Positions 26,949-37,247 of a stretch of 64,000 nucleotides of DNA are shown piece by piece (within the stretch, counting starts at the first letter, position 1; each line of letters opens with the position of its first letter). Where the stretch lies: contig OZ076409.1 in assembly GCA_964187785.1 (NCBI GenBank), positions 4,838,001 to 4,902,000 of the forward strand, written 5' to 3'. The position numbers and the translations under genes are program-made. Origin of the DNA: Amphiscolops sp. MND2022 (lineage: Eukaryota). A model generated the notes under the pieces. The model had not been told where the DNA came from, did no database searches, and saw only the letters and a list, made by a program, of their open reading frames with translations.

Positions 26949-27957
26949 TTAATTACTTTTACTAAACCTGATTGCTTGATCAATTATAATTTTCTTAAAT
27001 TCATCTTTAAGTTGATCTGAAAATAATGGTTGTTGCATGCGTTCAACGTAGTTGTCTATTTTAGATTCATTCACTTTTATTTTATTTTGTTTACAATAAT
27101 ATACATAATAATAAGCTACATTAAAAGGTGTTATTTCAATTGTTTGATCTGACATATCTTCTAGGAATATTTTAAGTTTATTATATTCTTCACCTGTAAA
27201 GAAATAACTTTCATATTTTACATAATCTTCAGGACTCCATTTATGTTTAGTTGTATCGTATTAGTTGGTACTTTCGATTGAGTATTTTTTGCTTTTGTGA
27301 TCTAGTATCAAATTCAATTACACCAAATTCTAACTGACTACGATATTGTTTCCATTTGAGATCTTCTTTGATTGAATAAGTTTGTATTATGGTTTCAAAG
27401 AAACTATCTGGACTATTTATTGTGATATAAAATTTAAAACAATTCTCTCTCACTATTGGGAGAACATCCTTTGCATAGTGAGCAAGGTATATAACTTGTA
27501 TTTTATTGTGTCTACCAAACCGAAATAAGTCTTCTACTTTTGTTTTAAGTTGCTTATAAGCACCCGCATCGTCTAAAATTATCGTTTTATTCGCAAGTGA
27601 TTCAATTTCTATTTTTTCTAACTGCAACAAAGGTATATAATTATCATCAAACTCAGTCTCATCTCTACCGAATACTATAAAATTTGTTTTAGTTTGATCT
27701 AAATAATACTTAAGGAAACTAGTCTTACCTGATCCACTAGTACCATAAATTAACATATGGCAATTTGTATTTGTATTTGGTGGAGTAAGTTCTTGTTCTT
27801 CTTCTTTGTTAGTTAAATGAGAATATTTAAATCCCTTGAATTGTTTTAGTTTTTGGTATAATTTTTTATAATAATTAGGTTTAATATAATACCAATAAAT
27901 ATATAAAACTATAATAAAAATTACACATAATAAACCAATATATAATTTTTAATTCAT
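26949..27957 (-). pseudogene. Polinton packaging-type ATPase 2 with hydrophobic N-terminus; several lesions
   Basis: Core ORF 27247-27756: GTSGSGKT, ILDDAG, FRFGRH..VIYLAHY; upstream TAAATG start at 27957 followed by LYIGLLCVIFIIVLYIYW; 26949-27155 is probably a frameshifted C-terminus. Confidence 0.75.
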
Positions 27958-27971
27958 TTATTAAGAAATAA

Positions 27972-28829
27972 ATGAGTGAAAAGAAGAAAGAAATTGCTAA
28001 AGAAATATTTTCTCCTGTAATTAAAAAGTTTGATCGCATTAAAATAATTCCTCATTATAAAGATGAGTGTTGGAGTATTGATTTGATAGACAGATCTAGC
28101 TTATCAAAATATAATAAGAACTACAAGTTTATTTTTACAATAATTGATAACCATACCAAATATGCATGGGCGATTCCTCTTAAAGATAAATCAGGAAAAA
28201 GTACAACTGCTGCATTCAAGAATTTTTTGGAAACTAGTAAAAGAAAACCACCCAAAATATGGAGTGATAGAGGTAAAGAATTTTATAACAAAATATTTTT
28301 ACACTATTTAAAGGAGCAGAACATTCAAATTTATTCAACTAATTCAGATTTGAAGGCTGTTTTCGTTGAACGATTCAATAGAACACTTTTAGACTTAATT
28401 AAAGAACCCATGTATATTGAAGGTAAAGCTTGTTGGTTGAATCACATTAATAATGCTTCGGATAAGTATAATAATCGTGTTCATGGAACAACAAAAATGA
28501 CACCATTTGAAACGGTTACCAATACTAATAAAATTAATAAAATTAAAATTAATAAAAATGAAAAAATACCCAAATTTCAAGTGGGAGACTATGTAAGAGT
28601 TCCTGACAAAAGGAACATTTATTCAAAAGGTTATACAACAAATTGGAATAGAGAACTTTTCAAAATACACAAAATTAATCCAACTAACCCAGTTACGTAT
28701 GGTTTAGTAGATGAAAACAACGAACGAATAGAAGGAAAATATTATGAACAAGAACTTTTAAGTGTATTCATTTTTAAATCTAACAACAAAACGTTAGAAA
28801 GTATGAATATTTTCCATCGTTATGAGTAA
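27972..28829 (+). CDS. Polinton retroviral-like (rve) integrase
   Basis: DDE triad WSIDLID / SDRGKEF / VERFNRTL; FQVGDYVR..KGYTTNW C-terminal module; uninterrupted 285 aa; no obvious chromodomain. Confidence 0.95.
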   Translation: MSEKKKEIAKEIFSPVIKKFDRIKIIPHYKDECWSIDLIDRSSLSKYNKNYKFIFTIIDNHTKYAWAIPLKDKSGKSTTAAFKNFLETSKRKPPKIWSDRGKEFYNKIFLHYLKEQNIQIYSTNSDLKAVFVERFNRTLLDLIKEPMYIEGKACWLNHINNASDKYNNRVHGTTKMTPFETVTNTNKINKIKINKNEKIPKFQVGDYVRVPDKRNIYSKGYTTNWNRELFKIHKINPTNPVTYGLVDENNERIEGKYYEQELLSVFIFKSNNKTLESMNIFHRYE

Positions 28830-28843
28830 TTATATTTAAATAA

Positions 28844-29551
28844 ATAATATCAATTCATAAATTTGGTTATAGTGCCGAGAGCCTACAAAAAGATAAAATT
28901 GAGAATCTTGAAAAAGAATTGGAATCACAAACCAAATTATTTAATATAAAACTTATTGATATGCAAAGCACTATAAATGGTATGACTGATAACCTACAAA
29001 GTGTACAAGAAATTAATTTTGATGATGGTGAAACCAAGGTAGTAGTCAATGCAAAGTTATTCTTAGACATAAATAAAAATATAGAAGACTTGAAAATCAA
29101 CCTGAAATACTTAGAACAAGATGTTAAAACTAAATTTTTAGAAAAGAAAAAAGAAATAATTTTTGATGCTGCCAAGTTAGTGGAAGAACGACAAACCATT
29201 TTACGTAATCATTTTGAGAGAAACCTTATTTCAGAATTGGAAAAATGTAAAAATCAAACAGTCAAAGATACCATTCAATTACTATACAACAAAGGATTGT
29301 TTGATTCATTTGAAAATAAAGACCAAATCTTTAATGAGTACTTATATTTTAGTGATGAATACTTGTTGGAAAAATACGGAAAAGAAATAAAGACATCAGA
29401 TGGTGTGTATTATTTATCTGATTTAAATTATTCTACGAGAGAAGATATAGTGTATTCCTTAAAAATAGATGAATACAAAGATATAATTGACCTTAAATAT
29501 AGAATGAAACTAACCGATTTTGAGATAAATTTCATACTTTTTGAAAACTAA
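28844..29551 (+). CDS. Polinton hypothetical coiled-coil protein (start codon apparently mutated, TAAATA)
   Basis: Frame open from ATA at 28844 into the 28919-29551 ORF. Confidence 0.55.
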   Translation: MISIHKFGYSAESLQKDKIENLEKELESQTKLFNIKLIDMQSTINGMTDNLQSVQEINFDDGETKVVVNAKLFLDINKNIEDLKINLKYLEQDVKTKFLEKKKEIIFDAAKLVEERQTILRNHFERNLISELEKCKNQTVKDTIQLLYNKGLFDSFENKDQIFNEYLYFSDEYLLEKYGKEIKTSDGVYYLSDLNYSTREDIVYSLKIDEYKDIIDLKYRMKLTDFEINFILFEN

Positions 29552-29582
29552 TTTGTAAAATTAAGTTTTTATTTAAAATTGA

Positions 29583-30098
29583 ATGAGTGAAAAATTGTAT
29601 CCTTGTTTACGTGAATCAGATCTTGATCTTAGATTGAAAGAAATAAATAGTTTTAATAATTCAATTCAAAGTAAAAAAGATATTCAAAATTTTTATAATC
29701 ATGAAGCTAAAAAATATAAAAAAATCTAAAATAGACAAGCTTATAAATTGTTTATTCAATCTATTGATGGAGTGTCGGTGTTGGGTGTATCATCAACATG
29801 TGCCACGTTAAGTGTCACAGGAGTTGGACTTGTTGTTGTACCTATAGCAAGTGGTATAGGTGCAGGTTTATGTATATTTAGTAAAATTGCTGGAGAGTAC
29901 CTGAAAAGAAAAGAACAACACAATATTAAAAAGTATACTCTTGCTGGTAGAACACTAAATGATTTCTGTAAACTACATTCAAAATGTTTAGAAGACAATA
30001 AAACTGATCTGAATGAATACAACAAATTAAAACAAACTTACGATGTGTATAAAAACAATAAAACTAAACTAAAATCTGAGTTTACTTTTTTAGGATAA
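29583..30098 (+). pseudogene. Polinton putative membrane protein with Gly-rich hydrophobic hairpin; frameshift near 29720-29730
   Basis: MSEKLYPCLRESDLDLRLKEIN... joined to SIDGVSVLGVSSTCATLSVTGVGLVVVPIASGIGAGLCIFSK. Confidence 0.6.
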
Positions 30099-30159
30099 AT
30101 TTTTTGAGTAAAAATAAAATCAGTATAAAATTTAAATCCTAATTTTTATTCCTATTTAA

Positions 30160-31389
30160 GTGGAAATATTTTCATTGAAAAATAAATATGCTATGGATAA
30201 ACCTATTCGTAAAATTAATTTTATTAAATTTAGTCCAAGTAGTTTAGCTACAATCAACAATAATAATTCAAATATTTCCATCATCTTCCCAAGAGAAGAT
30301 GCATATATTTGTTTACAAATCTCATACATATCATTAGAATTTGAAGTTCTTAAAAATGATGATACAAGATTTGCAGATGGTGATCAAATAAGCTTGGTTA
30401 ACTTTGGACCTGTTGCTTTATTTAGTGAAGCTAAGTTAACTACTAGTTCGGGCAAGCAATTAGAAAAAGTTGATAATCTACACCCAATTTCATTGATGTA
30501 TAAACTTTTAACATCTAATCAACAAACAAGTCAATTGATGTATGGGTTTGAAGAATCACAAGCAACTAGAAGACAAGAACTAACAAATAATGAAACAGAG
30601 AAAGGAACCTTTTTTGTTAGAATAAAACTAAAAGACTTGTTTGGATTTGCTGATCAAGAAAAAATAACTTATGGATTGGGTTATAATCTAATGTTAAAAC
30701 GTACTAATAATAATGATAGTATCATCAGGGACAACGGTGTGGATGCTGCAAAAATAAATATAAAAGACATCTCCTGGTACATTCCACACTACATACCATC
30801 AATGGAAAACCAACAACTCGTGATGGATCAAATATTAGACAAAGATCCAACTGAAATATATTACGTGGAACGGATTGTATTTAGAAAAGATGTTAACACG
30901 AATAATAATTGGACATTTGAATTAGGTAGCAGTGGAGAATCTACACCAAGTTTTATAATTGTTGGATTTCAAGCTAGAAATAAAGTTGATTCACAAACAC
31001 ATAATAATGCAACATTTGATCGTTTACCTATTTCAAATGCTGTTTGTAAAATAGGATCAGAAAAATATCCCGATGATGGAATAGAATGTAATTATGATAG
31101 AGACAAATATGATCAAGCATACAGTGAAATTGAAAACTTCTATTTGTTAAAAAGTGAAACTAATCTACTCAATCCGTTTATTGATTTGCATAAATTCAGG
31201 ACAAATTATAATTTTTATGTATTTGATTTATCCAAACAAAAAGATAATATTGCGAGTCAACCAATCCGTTTAGAATTTAAACTTAGTGCTGCCATTAATG
31301 TAGCAGATTATATAGCTTATGCCTTAGTCCTAACACCTAAACTGATAAGTATCAGTAGTGATGGACAAAGGCATTTTGATTTATTATAA
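30160..31389 (+). CDS. Polinton major capsid protein (double jelly-roll, hexon-like); start codon is GTG
   Basis: 409-aa open frame; motifs WYIPHYIPS, PSFIIVGFQ, FDRLPISNAVCKIGSEKYP, FYVFDLSKQ, IRLEFKL resemble Polinton/adintovirus MCPs; size and position fit. Confidence 0.85.
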   Translation: MEIFSLKNKYAMDKPIRKINFIKFSPSSLATINNNNSNISIIFPREDAYICLQISYISLEFEVLKNDDTRFADGDQISLVNFGPVALFSEAKLTTSSGKQLEKVDNLHPISLMYKLLTSNQQTSQLMYGFEESQATRRQELTNNETEKGTFFVRIKLKDLFGFADQEKITYGLGYNLMLKRTNNNDSIIRDNGVDAAKINIKDISWYIPHYIPSMENQQLVMDQILDKDPTEIYYVERIVFRKDVNTNNNWTFELGSSGESTPSFIIVGFQARNKVDSQTHNNATFDRLPISNAVCKIGSEKYPDDGIECNYDRDKYDQAYSEIENFYLLKSETNLLNPFIDLHKFRTNYNFYVFDLSKQKDNIASQPIRLEFKLSAAINVADYIAYALVLTPKLISISSDGQRHFDLL

Positions 31390-31514
31390 GCAAAGCTTTT
31401 TCAGTAAATAAATATAATTTAAATATATTTATACAGCTTTGCTGATATGTTAAAAAAATTTATAAAATAATATAGTTATTTTTATAAAATGATAATATAA
31501 TAATATATTTATTT

Positions 31515-34500
31515 TTATAAAACAAGTGCTCGATCACTTATCAACTTCACAAGTTGTTGATGGGTGAGTGCTTGTTTCCAATACCAAACACTCCAATATA
31601 TTTCTTCATCTGTTTTCTTGTTACCGTCAACATTTATAGTTAATTCTTTATAATACAAACCAATTAATTTCAAACAATATATACATGGACAATCACCTTG
31701 TTGTGTGTGTTTATCCCATGGTAAACTTTGTATTGGATTTATATACAAACGTTCATCGTCAAAAGGATTCAAACACAACTTAGGTTGTTTTTCAACAGTA
31801 AGGTTGTGTAAACTAGATCTAATTGATATATTTGTAGAACTTGATGTTTCTGAATTAAACAATGAATTTTTGTAGTGTTCACATTTGGGAGCTTTTTGTA
31901 TTCCTTTTTGTTTCGCTTTTTGAATATTATTGTAACTAAAAGAATATGACTTTGATCGCAATGCTGTGAAGGTATCTAACACCAAAACTGGACTTGTTTC
32001 AATTTTCATTTTTCCTATACCTTTCTTGTTAATAGGATTATATAATTCATGCGATTTATCCAATTCACTGAAATCAAATTCATCTTTATTTTGTTGTAAA
32101 AAGTTTATTAGTTCTTGGTGGCTTGTATCAAAACTCAGAATAAAACTATGAGTATCCATGTAGTGTAGTTGTATGGATTGTTTCCAATATGGTTGTAATT
32201 TGTTATAATAAAATTCATACATTAGTAACTTACTTAATTCTAAAACTGTAAAACCTAAATAAATTGGTTTATCAAAGACTGTTTTTTCTTTATCAAACTT
32301 GTCTTGTACACACTAAATTTAGAATAATGATCCATGATTCCTTTGAAACTTAACTTGGATTGTCTTTTCATTATTTGATCTATTTGAGAATGATCAATGA
32401 ATTCTAGATTGGTTCTATCTCGTACCTTTTCCATAGTCTTGCCGAAGAAAGCATTGTTCATTAATTTATAAAGATCCTTTTCAAAGTTTGTTTTCGCTAC
32501 TGTGCGTTTCTGAGTATTATGATCGATATATTTACCTAACCATGGACTTTGTTTAAACTTATAGATAGTATGTATCTTCGTTACTTTCATCCCTTGGTTA
32601 AGATAAAACTTAAACATCCTATAATGTATCTTATATATCGATTTATTGGTTACATCACACATAAGTTTTGGGGTTGGTTTGTAATTAGGTTGATTTACAT
32701 TATTCATATAAGCTGAGAATAAGTCTGGATCTGCTTTTGTTTGATACGGACAAAAAGGAAAGTTTTTTGTTTTTTCTTTATTTTCAGCTGGATATTCTAA
32801 ATCACATTCGATAAAGAATCCATATTCATTATCATCATGTATTTGTAATAAATCTTCTACTAATTGCTCTAGATTGTAATTATCTGTGTAATTACACGGA
32901 TTAGGAGGTAATATTCCGAATTCGCCAGTGGGAAGGTGTTGACGCATTGCCCATCCATATAGATTATTTGCATCGATATATAAGATTTGTTTATTTTCAT
33001 CAGATTGCACGTGACGATCTCCCATTACACTTGAAATTCCTCCACGGATATTATTTAAAAGTAGTAGTAATAATTCTTTACCGGAGGGCAGCTTCGCTGT
33101 ATCTTTTATAAAGTCTAACTTTATATTAGTCAACTTCAAACCTGCTTTCCATGTATAACCAGGTAGTGAATAGGAGTATAAAGGATTAATTTTATATTCT
33201 CATGTAGAACTTTCCACAAAGTTTTCGAATACATCAGTTAATTGAAGAACATCCATTTTTAAATATAACATTGTTAATTCTCTTCCATTTTTAATTTTAT
33301 TTTTATCAATTAATTCTTGGGTTCTTTTTATATCATCATCTGATGGATAAGATTGTGTTAATGTTGACCAATATTCTTCTTCGGTTAGATTTAATGGTTC
33401 CTGAAAGTTATCAAGATTTAAGTATTCATATGGATAAGCTAATTTCTTTTTGAATAAATCATCACTCATTCCTTCCAATTTCATGATAGGAAAATTGTCT
33501 AAACTCTTAACTAACTTATCTAAACTGGAAGAAAGAAATTGGTATGAATCTAAAAATCTCAAACAACCTACTTGTACACTAACATAATTTTCCAGTGATT
33601 TTGGAATTATCGTTGGATTATAATTTTGATTGTATGCTTCGGTTAGGAGTTCTTCAAATATAAGATGACAATCATACCCCGAAAAGTTGTGGAAAAATAT
33701 AGGAATAAAACTTGATGACCTTTGTTTACAATTTATGTTACATATATTATGAGCTGCTCCTCTGTATTTTCCTGTTAGATGATCATGATCTCTAACTTTT
33801 TCACCACCGAGTGGATTTTCACAAAGCCAACACTCTTCTGCTTGTTCAAATTGTACTTCTTCTTGACTCATTTCTAATTCTAAATTTGTTTTAAAATAGT
33901 TATTAGCAATTTTTTCTAAAGTTAACATTCTATTTACAAACCACTTGGTACAATCTGTTCCAAAGTATGAATAGTAATAATTTCCGAATGGTGAAATTAC
34001 ATAATATCCTACTGCAATTGGAATTTGTTTGAATAACACGTTGGGGGTTTTTTGAGGTTGATTGATACATTCAAAATCTGCATATACTCTTATTGGTACA
34101 GGAACTTTCATATGATAATCTTCGAACTTTAACTGATCCTTCCAACTGAATGTGATTTTAGTTGGTTGTTGATTTATACATCTTTCCATATGATCAATAA
34201 GAATTGGTTGTGAACTAAATGCTGTTAAACATCTCCTACACACCCATCGCATGTGTGAATCTTTATTTATTAAACAATGTAGCTTTGTTATTAAACAATA
34301 GTGATTTTGATATAATAATAATTCTATTTGTGGTTGTAAGTAATTTTTGTTAACGTGGATTGGTGTTAGCACATTTCCTGTGAGTTCGAATACATTTATA
34401 CACAGTCCAATATTTAAATTTTCAAACTTGGGAATATCTTTGACTTTCATAGGGAATTCTAAACCTTCTAGGTTGAATTTATCAAAATGTTTTGAATAAC

Positions 34501-35310
34501 TCGATGTTATAATTTTATTATTCTCAACTGGAAATAAATATGCTAATATACACCATAGAAATTAAAATTGATCATTATTTTTTATATTTATTATTGATTG
34601 GCTGTTTTTATATTTTGGTGGTAACTCAATATATGAAGATGCTTGAATATCATTAACTTTATATATTTCTAAAATAACTTCTTCTATTTCTTGAAATTGA
34701 AAACCTGATCCTTCTAATTGTTCATCATCTAATTTTTGCATTAATGTGTTATGAGTATCTTGTTGTGTATGATTATATATTAGATCTGATTTTATCCATC
34801 TTTCAAATACTTCTTCTTCTCCATTGACTATTTTTGAAAATTTAGCTAGATAACTCAATTGATATTTAAATCGAGGAAAGTACCTTTTACTTATTAATTC
34901 ATTTATACGATTTTCAAGATTTTCAGTTGGATTTATTTTCAGTTTAATGTATGTATTTTCATTCACAATTATATTTACTCCATTACCGGAGGGCAGCAAA
35001 GCTGTACCGAAATCTGTAATTCAGCTTCGCTGGCTTTGCATACCGTTTTGTTGACGGTTTTGTAAATGAATTTCACTTTGGAAATGTCTTGTTGTATCAG
35101 ATATATATTTACTACAATCTTCACACCATATTTTATTGATGCAGTTTTTATGTTCATCTGAATTTAAATGAGAACTTTTATCTGAGGCATATATAAATTA
35201 CATTTTTTACAATAATATTGATTTAATTTTCCAAGATGTTTTACTGATTTTAGATGATCAGACTTGAAAGCTTTTTTATAATTTAAATTACAAATACTAC
35301 AATTCTCCAT
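31515..35310 (-). pseudogene. Protein-primed family B DNA polymerase (pPolB), fragmented
   Basis: N-terminal Zn fingers (MENCSICNLNYKK..H), ExoI YADFE, RDHDHLTGKYRGAAHNICN insert, ExoII HNFSGYD, YIDANNLYGWAM, KLMNNAFFGKT, catalytic YMDTHS (D to H); stops at 34562 and 33200, 5-bp duplication frameshift near 32300. Confidence 0.95.
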
Positions 35311-35876
35311 TTCTATTTAATAAAGAAAAAATAGTTTAATTAAAATTTTTTCAATATGTCTTTTGTTTAAAAAAATGGAATTTTTATATTTTTCTCACCT
35401 GTGGGTTCAAGATGAAAAAATTTGTCAGGAACAAAAGTTGTTCATATTTTGGGTTTCTCCAATTTTAGTTACTGACTTTTCACGGTAGGATCAACCAGTC
35501 TTGAGTAAAATGAGAAAAACCCAATTTTCACACCTGTTTCATCACCTGGTAATCAGTGGGTCCAAGATACTGAAAAATTTTCTTCTTGTAAAATGTTTGT
35601 CTCGTTTTTGTCTATAACTTTGATTTCCTGAGTCGGTATAGTAGGAAGACCCAGTTTCGAGAAAATTGAGAAAAACCCATTTTTCACACCTGTTGGGCAG
35701 GTGGTAATCAGTGGGTTGATTTTAGAGATAAGCCGCAGATACAAAATGTGTGTACCTTTAGATTGTCTACAACTTTCATTTTCAATGTTTTTCTCAAAAA
35801 TGATTTCCCGTTGAGATATTGAACAATTTAACTTTTCCCATGTATTAAGATTAGGAATAAAAAATTTCTATATATA

Positions 35877-36151
35877 TGGAAACATTTGTTCAATGATTTT
35901 TATTTTGTTAAATTTTTAGTTGCGAAAAAAGGCTAATTTTTAGATGGTTTGATTGGTATTTTGTGAAAAAAGATTAATTTTTTAATGATTTTACGAGCTT
36001 AAATTTTTCTTATATATCAGGAACGGGTAATTTTTTAGTTGTGAAAAAAGGCTAGTTTTTGATGATTTGCCTTGAAAAAAGGCTAAAGTTTGATAATTTT
36101 ACGAACTTAAATTTTTTCTTATATATCGGGAACGGGAATTCAATTACTACT
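35877..36151 (-). repeat. Polinton right terminal inverted repeat
   Basis: Matches left TIR; ends ...caattactact followed by TSD gcagtt. Confidence 0.95.
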
Positions 36152-36833
36152 GCAGTTGTCGGTAAAAAAAACATTGGTGAAAAAAACAAAGTAATGGCCC
36201 AAGTCATAATGAAGTAAAGGTGTTCATAATTTCAACGTGTAATGTCTAGAAGTGTCTGTGCAGTCATACTTGAGACCATAATCTTCACTTCTGGATTCCA
36301 AAGACAAGAGAGCTGGTTTACATTAGTACTAATCTCCGATAGATCTGCGAAGTTTTTCTTGACAAATTCCGATTTTTCATTCTCTTGATTTCCATGCTCG
36401 ATCCAAGCGGGAAACATGCATGGACTATGCGATTCTATGCAAAAACGGCATGCCCAAAGGCATGGAACATGCGAGTGGCAACGTGGTAATGTCCTTTCAA
36501 TATTTTCTGACTAAAAACAACAATTCTTGGTAAATTTCATCTCTTTGTTGATTTCAAGCACGAACAGAAGGTAAATGATTTGTCTACACTGCGCTCCAAA
36601 TTATCAGGCAAGTTTCAAATTTCCAGGAAGTACACCCACCAAGTTTCAACTGAGAACTTTAACTATATTAGCGTTTTTCTGAGCTCCAACAAAGACATAT
36701 TCTTGATTATAAGTACCTAATACTATACAGATGCTACAAAACAGTCGAAAATCTAATTTTCGAGCGTTTTAATCCTTAGGCAAATTCCATAAAATCAACA
36801 AAAACTTTACTTTAACGAGTTTAAATTTGACTT

Positions 36834-37247
36834 AACAAGACGGGAACGTCTAAAGTCGGCGCTATTTCTGGGGCTCAAAAAGCGCAAAGTTTTTAAAATT
36901 GTAAAAGGGGGACCCTTTCGATTTTTTGAAAATCCAGTTTGCTGCAAAATATCAAAAAACTTTAAAGGGGACCTTTTGGCGACAAAACAAATTCAACGAA
37001 AGTCGCACAGTGGCGAAATTCGAACCTGTAGTCCCGTCCGGTTTTGTATCTTACGTTAAAAACTGAGTACACGAAAGGGGGAACCATTGCACTTAGTTAG
37101 ATGAGTTTCCGCTTGCCGGTACAGTAGTTTAGTAGTTCTGTAGAAAAAGTCTCCACTACACATACATTCTGTTGTTTTACAAAAAAGAAAAAAAACTTGC
37201 CACTGTAATAGTCGAGCTCATTTCGTTGAAATGCGCCGTTTAAAAAA
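36834..37247 (-). mobile_element. HINE-like element
   Basis: aacaagacgggaacgtctaaagtcggcgc terminus and degenerate opposite terminus. Confidence 0.75.

Larger units (their letters stand above)
22458..36151. mobile_element. Polinton/Maverick (adintovirus-like endogenous DNA virus), 13,694 bp, structurally complete but decayed
   Basis: Termini AGTAGT...ACTACT, 275-bp TIRs, 6-bp TSD GCAGTT (22452-22457 and 36152-36157); encodes pPolB, rve integrase, cysteine protease, ATPases, major and minor capsid. Confidence 0.97.

Noticed and set aside
22458..36151. Bacterial or phage contamination suggested by dense intronless ORFs
   Set aside because: Bounded by TIRs and a 6-bp TSD within a spliceosomal intron; the gene set is Polinton-type.
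36232..36417. 61-aa ORF next to the Polinton
   Set aside because: Outside the TSD, no motifs, not needed for the host exon chain.
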